A DNA stretch of 64,000 bases, taken from an uncultured Gemmatimonadales bacterium. GTDB taxonomy: Bacteria > Gemmatimonadota > Gemmatimonadetes > Longimicrobiales > Gaopeijiaceae. The notes below the pieces were generated by a model that was not told the DNA's origin, searched no databases, and was given only the letters and a program-made list of their open reading frames with translations. The translations under genes were made by a program, and so were the position numbers. Where the stretch lies: assembly GCA_963809895.1 (NCBI GenBank), contig CAWELD010000003.1, positions 1,312,001 through 1,376,000 on the forward strand. The letters are read 5' to 3'. Below, piece by piece: positions 1 through 10,004 of the stretch. Positions within the stretch are counted from its first letter, which is position 1. Every line of letters starts with the position of its first letter.

Positions 1-783
1 CATCTCCATCCGGTTCCGGTCGAGCTCCCGCGTCAACAGGCCCACGATGAACTGCGCCACGGACTCGTAGAACTTGAGCAGCACGTTCCCCACGAAGCCA
101 TCCGCCACCAGGACGTCGCAGCTTCCCTGCACGATCTCCCGGCCTTCGATGTTGCCGACGAAGTTCAGGTTGCCGTCCGCCGCCAGCAACCGGTAGGCCT
201 CCACCGCGCGCTCGTCACCCTTCTCCGGCTCCTCGCCGATGTTCAGGAGGCCGACCCGGGGGCGCTCCACGCCCAGCGCGTCCTTGACGTAGATCTGGCC
301 GAGGTGCGCGAACTGCAGGAGATGGCGCGGCTTGCAGTCCACGTTGGTGCCGGCGTCCAGGAGCAAGACCGGCTGAGCGCGCGTGGGGAGAAAGGTGGCG
401 ACAGAGGGCCGTTCGACCCCGGGCAGCGGGCGAAGCACGAAGAGCGACGCCGCCATGACGGCTCCGGTGGAACCGGCGCTGATGAACGCGTCCGCTTCGC
501 CGTCACGCTGTAGCTTCAACCCGACCACGATGGAGGAATCGGGCTTGCGACGCACCACCGCGGCCGGGGAATCGCCGGCCAGGACGCGGTCCGGCGCATG
601 ATGCACGTGGAGCCGATCCTTCGGATAGCCCTCGTGCTTGGCCAACTCCGCCTCGATGATCGCCTCGTCGCCGACGAGGACGATTTCGAGATCCGGATCG
701 AGCTCTCGCAACGCTCCGACCGCGCCCGCTACCTCGGTCTCCGGAGCGTCGTCGGTGCCCATGGCATCGAGCGCGATGCGCAC
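1..783 (-). CDS. plsX: Phosphate acyltransferase PlsX (3' end outside window)
   Basis: Read manually: GTG start at 783, (M)RIALDAMGTDDAP...FISAGSTGA...LDAGTNVD...VGLLNIGEE...FVGNIEG...VLVADGFVGN; follows rpmF. Confidence 0.95.
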   Translation of the reverse strand, partial: MRIALDAMGTDDAPETEVAGAVGALRELDPDLEIVLVGDEAIIEAELAKHEGYPKDRLHVHHAPDRVLAGDSPAAVVRRKPDSSIVVGLKLQRDGEADAFISAGSTGAVMAASLFVLRPLPGVERPSVATFLPTRAQPVLLLDAGTNVDCKPRHLLQFAHLGQIYVKDALGVERPRVGLLNIGEEPEKGDERAVEAYRLLAADGNLNFVGNIEGREIVQGSCDVLVADGFVGNVLLKFYESVAQFIVGLLTRELDRNRMEM

Positions 784-796
784 GGGGCCCCCCCTG

Positions 797-979
797 TCAG
801 AAGGTGTCGACGTCGATGACCGCCTCGCCCCGGTAGTATCCGCACCCCGGGCACACCCGATGCGGCTGCTTCGGGTCGCCGCAACGGGGACAGGTGTTCA
901 GCGTGGGCGTCTCCGCCTTGTAGTGCGTCCGGCGCTTGCGCTTGCGCTGCTTGGACGTCCGCTTCTTGGGAACCGCCAT
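797..979 (-). CDS. rpmF: 50S ribosomal protein L32 (Zn-binding CxxC form)
   Basis: [10 protein letters not shown]...CPRC...[11 protein letters not shown]. Confidence 0.97.
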   Translation of the reverse strand: MAVPKKRTSKQRKRKRRTHYKAETPTLNTCPRCGDPKQPHRVCPGCGYYRGEAVIDVDTF

Positions 980-986
980 GGTGGCC

Positions 987-1499
987 TCACTCGTTCTTCA
1001 GCGCCCGGAGAGCGTCCCAGCGGGGATCCAACTCGTCCAGGGTGCAGTCACACGTCTCTTCGTTCAGGTTCACGCCGCAGTGCGGGCACAGCCCCTTGCA
1101 CTCCGGGTCACAAACGACATAGCGGTCCGTCTTGAGGATCAATTCCTCGCGGACCGCGTCGGACAGGTCCAGGGTCCGGGCCGTCGGCGGCAACGTCCGC
1201 GTCTCGCCCTCTTCCCCGGACTCCAGGTCGTCAGGAGGTGCGTAGACCAGGGTCACGTCTTCCCGGACGGGCACCTCCACCAGCTCCAGGCACCTGCGAC
1301 AGGGCTCGATGCGCCGGGCCTCGAGGGTGCCACGAACCACGACCTCACCCGAGCCGGCCTCGTGCGCGACCAGGCGCACCCGAACCGGCCCGTCGAATCG
1401 GAGATCACTCCCTTCCCAGAGGGGGTCGTCCGCAGGCACATCGGCCTCGACGGGGAGCGTCCCCTCCCGCTCGAGCCGAGCGAGATCGAGCTTGAGCAT
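987..1499 (-). CDS. yceD: YceD/DUF177 family protein
   Basis: CRRCL and C-x3[13 protein letters not shown]...DPRWDAL; conserved position upstream of rpmF. Confidence 0.92.
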   Translation of the reverse strand: MLKLDLARLEREGTLPVEADVPADDPLWEGSDLRFDGPVRVRLVAHEAGSGEVVVRGTLEARRIEPCRRCLELVEVPVREDVTLVYAPPDDLESGEEGETRTLPPTARTLDLSDAVREELILKTDRYVVCDPECKGLCPHCGVNLNEETCDCTLDELDPRWDALRALKNE

Positions 1500-1507
1500 A
1501 GCTTGGT

Positions 1508-1536
1508 AAGCTAGTCGGCACTCGCGGGCGTGTCAA
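1508..1536 (-). promoter_or_regulatory. Sigma70-type promoter of yceD-rpmF-plsX
   Basis: TTGACA-17 nt-TAGCTT on minus strand, 8 nt before the ATG. Confidence 0.75.
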
Positions 1537-1562
1537 CGCGAAACAGGGCCCTCGAAAACCGG

Positions 1563-2759
1563 TCAGGAGGCCGCCAACCGCTCCGCCTCCAGGGCGATGA
1601 CCAGCTCCTCGCCGGTGCGCACGACGGCGAGTCCGACGGAGCCCCGATGAAAGGTGCCTTCGCGCCCTCCCGTCAGGGTCTCGTTCGCCTCGTCGTCGAC
1701 CTCGATCCCCAGGAATCCCAACTCCTCGAGGCAGCGCTTCCGCACCACCGCCGAGTTCTGGCCGATCCCGCCCGTGAACCCCACCAGATCCAGGCCGCCC
1801 AGCGCGGCCGCGTAGGACCCGATGTACTTGCGAACACGATACGTGTAGACGGCGATCGCCAGCGCCGCGCGCTCGGATCCCGCGGCCTCCTCCTCCAGCA
1901 CGTCACGCATGTCCGAGGAGATGCCGCTGAGTCCCTGAATGCCCGAGTGCTTGTTCAGGAGCGCGTTGGCGTCGGCGACGCTGAGCTCCTCGCGTCCCAT
2001 GACGTACAGGATGACCGCGGGATCCAGGTCGCCGGACCGGGTGCCCATGACCAGACCCTCCAGCGGTGTGAAGCCCATGGAGGTGTCCACCGAGCGCCCG
2101 AAGCGCACCGCGCAGGCCGAGGCACCGTTCCCGAGGTGGATGGAGATGGTGCGCAGCTCCTCCGGCGGCCGGCCCAGCAAGCGCGCGGCGCGACGGGTCA
2201 CGTGCTGATGGCTGGTCCCGTGAAAGCCGTAGCGGCGAATGCGATAGCGCCGGTAGAGGACGTGGGGAATTCCGTAGTGGTAGGCCGTCGGCGGCAGGGT
2301 GGCGTGGAAGGCCGTGTCGAACACCGCCACGTGCGGTACGTCCGGCAGACGCTCCCGAGCGGCCAGGATCCCCGCCAGGTTGTGGGGATTGTGGAGCGGC
2401 GCGAGCGCGATGCTGTCCCGGATTCTCTCCAGGATGTCGTCGTCGATGAGCACGGCGTCCGTGAACCCTTCCCCACCGTGCACCACCCGGTGTCCCACCG
2501 CCTGGATCTCCGACAGATCGGCCACCGCCCCGCTGTCCGCGTCCGCGACCAGGTCCAGGATGGCGCGGATGGCGTCCCGGTGGTCCAGGATGGCCGCGGA
2601 CTGGCGGATGCGGCGGCCGTCGGAGCGTTCCTGGCTGAGGAGGGCGCCGCCGGCGCCGATGCGCTCGACGATCCCCACCACCAGCGCCTCCTCGGCGTCG
2701 GTGTCCACCACCTGGTATTTCACCGAGGAGGAGCCCGAGTTGAGGACCAGGACCTTCAT
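1563..2759 (-). CDS. ackA: Acetate kinase
   Basis: LVLNSGSSSVKY, GHRVVHGG, APLHNP, RRYGFHGTSH, TSMGFTPLEG. Confidence 0.96.
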   Translation of the reverse strand: MKVLVLNSGSSSVKYQVVDTDAEEALVVGIVERIGAGGALLSQERSDGRRIRQSAAILDHRDAIRAILDLVADADSGAVADLSEIQAVGHRVVHGGEGFTDAVLIDDDILERIRDSIALAPLHNPHNLAGILAARERLPDVPHVAVFDTAFHATLPPTAYHYGIPHVLYRRYRIRRYGFHGTSHQHVTRRAARLLGRPPEELRTISIHLGNGASACAVRFGRSVDTSMGFTPLEGLVMGTRSGDLDPAVILYVMGREELSVADANALLNKHSGIQGLSGISSDMRDVLEEEAAGSERAALAIAVYTYRVRKYIGSYAAALGGLDLVGFTGGIGQNSAVVRKRCLEELGFLGIEVDDEANETLTGGREGTFHRGSVGLAVVRTGEELVIALEAERLAAS

Positions 2760-3679
2760 GACAGGAAGGGCTCCAGACCCGGCCGACCGAGGTCGGGATC
2801 ACCGTCCTGCAGGCGGGCGCCGGACGCGTCGTAGCGGTAGAAGCCCCGACCGCTCTTTTCACCCAGAAGACCGCGCGTGACCATCTGGCGCAGGAGCGGA
2901 CAGGGTCGGTACTGGGGGAGGCCCAGCTCACCCCACAGCGACTCCAGGGCGCGCAGAATCGAGTCGAGCCCCATTTCGTCGGCGAGCGCCAGGGGACCGA
3001 GCGTCCAGCCGAAGCGGAGCTTCATGGCCCGATCGATGGCGTCGCGGGTGGCCACGCCCTCCATGAGCGTGTGGACCGCCTCGTTGATGAGGGCGAGGGT
3101 GAGCCGTGTGGTGACGTAGCCCGGGTATTCGGAGACCTCGATGATTTCCTTGTCCAGGAGCTCGGCGATCTCGCGCGCCACCCCCAGGGCCTCCTCTCCG
3201 GTTTCCCGGCCCCGGACCAGCTCGACGGCCGGGGTGCGGGTGACGGGATGCAGAAAATGCAGGCCCACGAGAAAGGGCCGTCTGGGAGGCGTCAGCACCG
3301 CCGCCAGGTCGGTGACCGACAGCGTCGACGTGTTGGTGACCAGGACCGTGCCGGGCTGACAGCAACGGTCCAGATCCCGGAGCAGCGCCTCCTTGTCGCG
3401 CCGGTTCTCCTGGATCGCCTCCAGCACGACCTCGAGCTCCTGCACCGCTTCCAGCGACACCCGCCCCCGGATCCGGGCCAGGACGGCGTCCCGTTCCGCC
3501 TCGGTGATGGACCAGCGCGCGATGTCGCGATCCATGCCTTCGCGGAGCTGCTCCAGGGCCCACTCCAGCCGGTGATCGGAGGCCTCGACCAGCACCACGT
3601 CCACACCGGCGTGCGCGAACGCCCGCGCAATACCCCGTCCTGCCGTCCCCCCACCTACGATGCCGATGGGACTCTGCAT
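2756..3679 (-). CDS. 3-hydroxyacyl-CoA dehydrogenase family protein
   Basis: GGGTAGRGIA Rossmann motif, NTSTL, GLHFLHP, GPLALADEMGLD, LGEKSGRGFYRY. Confidence 0.85.
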   Translation of the reverse strand: MQSPIGIVGGGTAGRGIARAFAHAGVDVVLVEASDHRLEWALEQLREGMDRDIARWSITEAERDAVLARIRGRVSLEAVQELEVVLEAIQENRRDKEALLRDLDRCCQPGTVLVTNTSTLSVTDLAAVLTPPRRPFLVGLHFLHPVTRTPAVELVRGRETGEEALGVAREIAELLDKEIIEVSEYPGYVTTRLTLALINEAVHTLMEGVATRDAIDRAMKLRFGWTLGPLALADEMGLDSILRALESLWGELGLPQYRPCPLLRQMVTRGLLGEKSGRGFYRYDASGARLQDGDPDLGRPGLEPFLS

Positions 3680-3695
3680 GGCTCGCCTCCCCAGG

Positions 3696-4121
3696 TCAGC
3701 CTTCGATGGCCAGCCGGTCGAAGCGGGAAAAGAAGAAGGCGATCTCGGTGGCGGCGTTCTCGTCGGAGTCGGACGCGTGGATCGCGTTGCGTCCCTTGGA
3801 TTCGGCGTAGAGCCGGCGCACGGTGCCCTCGGCCGCCTCGGCGGGATCGGTGGCGCCGATGACCTCCCGCAAGCGCCCGACGGCGTCCTCCGCCTCCAGG
3901 ACCATGGGGATGCACGGACCCGACGTCATGAACTCCACCAGCTCGGCGTAGAAAGGCCGCTCACGGTGCACCTCGTAGAAGGCACCGGCCTGCGCGCGGG
4001 ACAGCCGCGTCATGCGAAGAGCGCGTACCGTGAACCCGGCGTTCTCGAGGTGGGCGAGGACCTTGCCGGCTTTGCCGGCGCCGACGGCGTCGGGCTTGAT
4101 GATGGCGAGGGTATGGCTCAT
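3696..4121 (-). CDS. ndk: Nucleoside diphosphate kinase
   Basis: [24 protein letters not shown]; start placed at MSHT. Confidence 0.96.
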   Translation of the reverse strand: MSHTLAIIKPDAVGAGKAGKVLAHLENAGFTVRALRMTRLSRAQAGAFYEVHRERPFYAELVEFMTSGPCIPMVLEAEDAVGRLREVIGATDPAEAAEGTVRRLYAESKGRNAIHASDSDENAATEIAFFFSRFDRLAIEG

Positions 4122-4173
4122 GGGTCGTCCCATTTGTTGGAATCGTGTGGTGTCTTCGGATCGAGGTCGGCCG

Positions 4174-5061
4174 TCAGGGGCCGAACAGCAGGCGCAGCAC
4201 CGCGTCGCGGGTCAGGAAGCCCACCAGCTCCCCTTCGCGCACCACCGGTAGCTGCTCCACGTCGCGGTTGACCATGAGGGTCGCGGCATCCATGAGCGGC
4301 TGCTCCTCGGAGACGCACATCACCGTGCGGGTCATGACGTCCCGCGCCGAGAGATCCCGGCCCTCGTGGCCCTCCTCCTTGCCTTCGGTGGATCGCCGCC
4401 GCGGCAGGAGGTCCCGCAGCGCGTCGCCGGAGGTGATGATGCCCATCACCTCGTAGCCTTCTCCCACCACGGGCACGGCGTGGAGCTCCCGGCGGACCAT
4501 CAGGTCCACGACCTCGTCCAGTGGCGTGTCGGGGTACACCCGGTAGGTCACCGGCGTGAGCGCGGCTTCCACCCGGATCCGCTCGGCCAGGGCGACATCC
4601 AGGAGCCCGTCGATCTCCCGCACCTGATCCGCCGATCTCGCCTCGGCGAGGCGCGAGCCGTGACGGGCCTCCTTCAGGTAGTCCGTGAGCGGCGGAATGG
4701 TTTGTGCCTTGAAGCTGGGCAGGCGCCGCGACGTGACGAACAGGAACACGATCCGGACCGGCGCGGAGTCGTCGCGACCCTCGCCGGTGACGGCCAGCGG
4801 CTCGGGCGAAATGCCCAACACGGCCCTGGTGCCCACCGGCTCGTCGCGTCCGTACAGCACCGCCACGGCGTCGGGCGCGAGACGAACGACCTCGCCGGCG
4901 CTGGCGAAGGCCAACGCCCGGGCGAGCTTGCCCCGGCGCTCCGCGTCCAGACCCTCGTCGTCAGGCAGCGCGCCGAGCAGCTCGCGCAGCGCGCCGGCCA
5001 GGTCGCGGGCGTCGAGCGGAACCCGGATGCCGTCGGGAACGAGGTAGTCGTCGAGTGTCAT
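4174..5061 (-). CDS. CBS-pair protein with N-terminal PTS-EIIA-like region
   Basis: Two C-terminal CBS motifs (HAVPVV...GIITSGD; QLPVV...VGFLTRDA); start placed at MTLDDYL. Confidence 0.75.
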   Translation of the reverse strand: MTLDDYLVPDGIRVPLDARDLAGALRELLGALPDDEGLDAERRGKLARALAFASAGEVVRLAPDAVAVLYGRDEPVGTRAVLGISPEPLAVTGEGRDDSAPVRIVFLFVTSRRLPSFKAQTIPPLTDYLKEARHGSRLAEARSADQVREIDGLLDVALAERIRVEAALTPVTYRVYPDTPLDEVVDLMVRRELHAVPVVGEGYEVMGIITSGDALRDLLPRRRSTEGKEEGHEGRDLSARDVMTRTVMCVSEEQPLMDAATLMVNRDVEQLPVVREGELVGFLTRDAVLRLLFGP

Positions 5062-5101
5062 GATGACGCCGGGCGGCCTCTCGGACCGCCCGGCTCGCCC
5101 G

Positions 5102-5986
5102 TCAGGGGAGGGCGTTCCGGACGAGCTCGGCGATCTCCACCGGACGCTTCGCCACGGCAATCCCGTTGTCCTCGAAGGCCTGCATCTTCTCCGCCGCCGT
5201 GCCCGCCGAGCCGCTGATGATGGCTCCGGCATGGCCCATGCGCCGTCCGGGCGGTGCGGTCTGCCCGGCGATGAAGCCCACCACGGGCACATCGATGTTC
5301 TCCTTAACGAATTCCGCGGCCTCCTGTTCGTCGGTGCCTCCGATCTCACCGATCATGACGATGGCCTCGGTGTCGGGGTCGTTCCGGAATGCCTCCAGGC
5401 AGTCCACGAACCTGGTCCCGATGAGCGGATCACCCCCGATGCCCACGCAGGTGGTCTGACCGAGACCGGCCTGGGTCAGATGATAGACGGCCTCGTACGT
5501 GAGCGTGCCCGAGCGAGACACCAGCCCCACCGGCCCGGGCGCCACGATCTGACCGGGCAGGATGCCCACCTTCGCCTTTCCGGGCGAGATGAGTCCTGGA
5601 CAGTTCGGGCCCAGGACCCGGGCGCCGCGGTCCCGCGCGTAGGCGTGGGCCCGGGCCATGTCCTGGACCGGAATCCCCTCGGTGATGGCCACGATGAACG
5701 AGATGCCGGCATCGGCCGCCTCCATGATCGCTCCCGCGGCGAAGGCCGGCGGCACGTAGATCACGGAAGTGTTGGCACCGGTGGCCGTCACGGCCTCGTC
5801 CATGGCGTTGAAAATGGGCACGCTCTCGCCGTCGGAGGCCTGAAAGGTCTGGCCACCCTTCCCCGGCGTCACGCCGGCCACGACGACGGTCCCGTACTCC
5901 ATCATCTGATGCGTGTGAAACGATCCGTCCCGGCCGGTGATCCCCTGGACCACCAGGCGGGTGTTCTCGTCGATGAAGATCGACAT
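5102..5986 (-). CDS. sucD: Succinyl-CoA synthetase alpha subunit
   Basis: [30 protein letters not shown]. Confidence 0.97.
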   Translation of the reverse strand: MSIFIDENTRLVVQGITGRDGSFHTHQMMEYGTVVVAGVTPGKGGQTFQASDGESVPIFNAMDEAVTATGANTSVIYVPPAFAAGAIMEAADAGISFIVAITEGIPVQDMARAHAYARDRGARVLGPNCPGLISPGKAKVGILPGQIVAPGPVGLVSRSGTLTYEAVYHLTQAGLGQTTCVGIGGDPLIGTRFVDCLEAFRNDPDTEAIVMIGEIGGTDEQEAAEFVKENIDVPVVGFIAGQTAPPGRRMGHAGAIISGSAGTAAEKMQAFEDNGIAVAKRPVEIAELVRNALP

Positions 5987-5996
5987 GTCGTCGCTC

Positions 5997-7133
5997 CTAT
6001 GCCTGATGGGCGAGCTGGACGGCCTTCTCCACGACCTCGTCCATGGAGGTGTAGGCCGAAAAGCCCGCCTCTTCGAGAATCCCGAGAGCCTGCTCTTCGT
6101 TGGTGCCGGTGAGGCGGATGACGATGGGCACCTGGATGTCGATGTTCCGCGTGGCCTCGACGATGCCGTTGGCCACGTCGTCGCAGCGGGTGATTCCGCC
6201 GAAGATGTTGAAGAGGATCACCTTGACCCGCGGGTCGGCGGTGATGATCTCCAGGGCGTTCACCACCTTGTCGGGGTTGGACGAGCCGCCGATGTCCAGG
6301 AAGTTGGCCGGCTCACCCCCGTAGTACTTGACCAGATCCATGGTGGCCATGGCCAGACCGGCTCCGTTCACGCAGCAACCCACGTCACCGTCGAGCTTGA
6401 CGAAGCTGAGCCCGGCTTCGCGCGCCTTGGTCTCCGCCGGTGGCTCGTCGGAGGAGTCCCGGTAGGCCGCCACGTCCGGCCGCCGGAAGAGCTCGTTGTC
6501 GTCGATGCTCACCTTGGCGTCGATGGCCTTGACCACGCCCGACGGCGTGGTGATCAGGGGATTGATCTCCGCCATGCTGGCGCCGGACGACACGAAGGCC
6601 TCGTAGAGCTGTCCCATGACCTTCGCGGCCTGCTTGATGATGCCCGGCTCGTCGTAGAGCGAATTGGCCAACCAATAGGCCTGGTGCGGCAGCAGCCCGT
6701 AGCGGGGATCCACGGTGAGCTTGCGGATGGCATCGGGCTTGGTGCGGGCCACCTCCTCGATGTCGATCCCGCCCTCGGCGGAGACCATGAACATGGGAGC
6801 CTGGCTGTTGCGGTCGACCAGAACGCCCACGTACGCCTCCGAGGCGATGTCCTCCGCGGGCGTGATCAGGACCTTCTGGACGGTGAGGCCCTTGATGTCC
6901 ATGCCGAGGATGTTGGCGGCGTGCTCCCGGGCCTCCTCCGGGCTCTTGGCCAGCTTGACGCCGCCGGCCTTGCCCCGTCCTCCGGAGTGGACCTGGGCCT
7001 TCACCACCACCATGCCACCGTATTCGCGCGCGGCGGACTCCGCCTCGTCGGGCGTCGTCACGACCTTGCCGGGGGGCACGGGCATGCCCGCGCTCCGGAA
7101 GATCTCCTTCGCTTGATATTCGTGGAGATTCAT
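5997..7133 (-). CDS. sucC: Succinyl-CoA synthetase beta subunit
   Basis: [46 protein letters not shown]. Confidence 0.97.
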   Translation of the reverse strand: MNLHEYQAKEIFRSAGMPVPPGKVVTTPDEAESAAREYGGMVVVKAQVHSGGRGKAGGVKLAKSPEEAREHAANILGMDIKGLTVQKVLITPAEDIASEAYVGVLVDRNSQAPMFMVSAEGGIDIEEVARTKPDAIRKLTVDPRYGLLPHQAYWLANSLYDEPGIIKQAAKVMGQLYEAFVSSGASMAEINPLITTPSGVVKAIDAKVSIDDNELFRRPDVAAYRDSSDEPPAETKAREAGLSFVKLDGDVGCCVNGAGLAMATMDLVKYYGGEPANFLDIGGSSNPDKVVNALEIITADPRVKVILFNIFGGITRCDDVANGIVEATRNIDIQVPIVIRLTGTNEEQALGILEEAGFSAYTSMDEVVEKAVQLAHQA

Positions 7134-7199
7134 ATCGTTCGCAGTCCTTTGCAGATCGCTGAGATCAGCTCGTGGGCAGGCTGCAGCCACAGCCTACCG

Positions 7200-7228
7200 A
7201 AGCTACCGACCCCCCTTGGGGGGATCAA
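7200..7228 (-). promoter_or_regulatory. Putative sigma70 promoter for sucCD cluster
   Basis: TTGATC-17 nt-TAGCTT; -35 overlaps the UPF0182 stop codon. Confidence 0.55.
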
Positions 7229-9990
7229 CCGGAATCGTCGCCTCCGCCCGCGTTGCTGAGCAGGGCGCGCAGTCGTGCCAGCGCCTCACCGAACCCCGAC
7301 CAATCGCCCGCCCGCAGGCGCGACTCGGCGAGGTCCAGGAGATCCAGCGCCTCGGCCGGCAGACCCGAGGGCGGTTGGACCCCGGCGGATGGCTCCCCGG
7401 CGGGCTCGGACCTCGACGGTTGTGCCTCGCCCGAGAGCGCCTGGACGGCGGCCGCCAGCGACTCCTGCATGGTCACGCGCTGGCCGTCGCTGACGACGAA
7501 GCGCCGCAGCTCGGGAATCGCATCGGCCTCGGCGGCCAGAAAGACCGGCTCCATGTAGACGAGACGTTCTCCCACCGGGACCACGTGCAGGTGCCCGGTC
7601 CACACGCTGCTCCCTCCCTGTCGCCAGAGCGAGAACTGCTGACTGATCTCCGGATCCTGCTCTACCAACGCCTCCACCTGGCGGGGGCCGGGAAGCTGGT
7701 TCTCGAGAAGCCCGTCGAAGAGGCGCAGGCGAAAGGTCCCGTCGGGACGGAGCTCTCCGGCCAGGAGCGCCGCCAGGTTCTGGCGACCCGTGGGTACGAA
7801 GGAGGTGACGAGCTGGAAGCGGGGCGTGGAGTCCCCGGGCATGCGCAGGAGCCCGTATTCCGGCCGGTACTCCACGGGCCTCTCGGTCTGGGTCAGCTCC
7901 TGCGGATGCGACCACACGTCCTGTTGGCCGAAGAAGGTCAAGGGATCGTTCTGATGATACTGGCGCAGCACCTCGGCCTGCAGCGCCAGGAACGTCCGCG
8001 GGTAGCGCAGGTGCTCGCGGATGGCCTCCGGCATCTCGTCCAGGGCACGGAAGAGCCCCGGAAAGGCACGGGCGTAGGTGTCACGGACCGGATCGGCGCC
8101 CGGCAGTGCGTAGAAGGTCGTCTCGCCGGTGACGGCATCCACCGTGACCTTCACGCTGTTGCGCACGTAGCTCACCGGGCGCCGGAACTCCAGCGCGAAC
8201 GCCCGCGACAGCGGAAACGAACGCGTCGCGGTGAACCCTTCCAACACCCAGACCAGGCGTCCGCCCGCCAGCACCGGATACGGGGACTCGGGATAGCGCA
8301 GGAAGGGCGCCACCGCCTGGGCCCGGTCCAGCACACCCCGGCGCAGCACCAGCCGGCTCTCCGGACCGACCTCGGACGAGAACAGCACGTTCGCCTCGCG
8401 CAGATACCAGGCGAACAGGAGCTTGCGGAGCCCCGCGACGGGGATGCCGGTGGGAAAGTCAACGCCGGCCACGCCCGGGGTCGAATCCGCGGCCATGAAC
8501 GCCGAGTCGGTGGGATTGACCAGGGCGTACGGCTGTGAACGGATCCCGACGAAGACCGACGAGCGCTGGAGGTTCAGCGCCGGCGGAGCGTCGCCGCCGA
8601 CGAAGGTGGCCGGAATTCCCGCGAGGAAGTTCTCGGGGCGACCCTCGGGGGTGCGGGCGGAAGCGTCCACCGCTACCGCGCCGTTCCCCGCGATGTAGCG
8701 ATCACGCAGGTGGAGGTTCTGCCAGTTGGGCTCCTCGATGCCGGCCGGATCCACCTCGCGCACCGCCAGCGCCACCGGAACCGTGGACCCGTCGGGCCGT
8801 TGATAGCGGTCGACGAAGACGCCGCCGAAGTCGTAGTAGCGCCGGCGTGCCTCCACCTCGCGAAAGGCCGTGAGCAGGGTGTTGGCGGACCACACCGGCA
8901 GCCCCGCGAACTGGCGGCTGGCTTCGGCCCAGTCCACGTCGCCTTCGCGCTGGGCGTCGTAGCGGACGCGCTCCAGGGAATCCAACCCGAACCCGAGGCG
9001 CGTGAACTCCAGAGAGCGCGCGATGTAGGGCGATTCCCGGCCCAGCTCGTTGGGCACGACCTGAAAACGCTGGATGACCGACGGGTAGATGCGGCCCACC
9101 CCGATGGCGGCGACGATGACGCCACCGATGCCCGCAGCCGCCGGCAGCAGCCGGTTCTTCCACGCGCCCAGCAGCACCCCCGCCGCCCCGGCCAGCGTCA
9201 CCAGCGCCTGCAGGGGAAGCGTCCGCATGCGGGCGTGCTCGTCGGTGTACCCGAAGATGCTCTGGACGTCCGAGGAGCCGAAGAGCAGCAGCACCGGCAT
9301 CCCCAGAAGCATGTGGGCGGCAATCAGTACCAGGAAGCTCGCCACCAGCACGCCCATGTGCTTGCGAGCCGGATCGGTCATCACCACCCCGCCCTGCCCG
9401 AACCGCAACGATCCGGTGGTGGCGTAGCCCGCGGTGACCACCGTGAAGGCCAGGAACACCACCACCATGAGGAAGGTGACGGAAATCCGCAGAATGGGGA
9501 GCGAGAAGACGAAGAACGACAGGTCCAGACCCAGGAACGGATCCGTCTGCCCCCACGGGACCTTCGACATCTGGAACAGCGCCGAGAGCGCGCTGCCATC
9601 GGGCACCGACGCCGCGAACCACGCCGCCAGCAGCACCGACAACGACACGATGGTGGTCGTCACGTAGTGCGCGGGCAGGCGCTCTGCGATCTCCAGATTC
9701 CCGAACCGGCGCTTGATGTGGAGCGTGCCGAGGCTGCGGGCCACCACCCTCAGGTTCAGGTGAATGAGGAATCCCACCACCAGGAAGACCAGGAGACGCA
9801 CACCCCACACCCAGGCGAAGGTGCGCCAGAAGACGGACGCGTAGCCCATCTCCCGGTACCAGAGGGCATCGACGTACAGCGCGGTGGCCGCGCGGCTCCC
9901 TACCAGCCCGAGGATGACCACCGCCGCCAGGGCGATGGCGAGGCGGGCTCCGCGGAGCTTTCGGATCGCATCGAGCAGTGAACGGGCCAT
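7225..9990 (-). CDS. UPF0182 family membrane protein
   Basis: Multiple N-terminal TM segments, DPFLGLDLSFFVFSLP, YTDEHA, VVPNEL, SYVRNSVKVTVDA, VYMEPVF. Confidence 0.9.
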   Translation of the reverse strand: MARSLLDAIRKLRGARLAIALAAVVILGLVGSRAATALYVDALWYREMGYASVFWRTFAWVWGVRLLVFLVVGFLIHLNLRVVARSLGTLHIKRRFGNLEIAERLPAHYVTTTIVSLSVLLAAWFAASVPDGSALSALFQMSKVPWGQTDPFLGLDLSFFVFSLPILRISVTFLMVVVFLAFTVVTAGYATTGSLRFGQGGVVMTDPARKHMGVLVASFLVLIAAHMLLGMPVLLLFGSSDVQSIFGYTDEHARMRTLPLQALVTLAGAAGVLLGAWKNRLLPAAAGIGGVIVAAIGVGRIYPSVIQRFQVVPNELGRESPYIARSLEFTRLGFGLDSLERVRYDAQREGDVDWAEASRQFAGLPVWSANTLLTAFREVEARRRYYDFGGVFVDRYQRPDGSTVPVALAVREVDPAGIEEPNWQNLHLRDRYIAGNGAVAVDASARTPEGRPENFLAGIPATFVGGDAPPALNLQRSSVFVGIRSQPYALVNPTDSAFMAADSTPGVAGVDFPTGIPVAGLRKLLFAWYLREANVLFSSEVGPESRLVLRRGVLDRAQAVAPFLRYPESPYPVLAGGRLVWVLEGFTATRSFPLSRAFALEFRRPVSYVRNSVKVTVDAVTGETTFYALPGADPVRDTYARAFPGLFRALDEMPEAIREHLRYPRTFLALQAEVLRQYHQNDPLTFFGQQDVWSHPQELTQTERPVEYRPEYGLLRMPGDSTPRFQLVTSFVPTGRQNLAALLAGELRPDGTFRLRLFDGLLENQLPGPRQVEALVEQDPEISQQFSLWRQGGSSVWTGHLHVVPVGERLVYMEPVFLAAEADAIPELRRFVVSDGQRVTMQESLAAAVQALSGEAQPSRSEPAGEPSAGVQPPSGLPAEALDLLDLAESRLRAGDWSGFGEALARLRALLSNAGGGDDSG

Positions 9991-10004
9991 GGCGCGCGGC
10001 GGCC

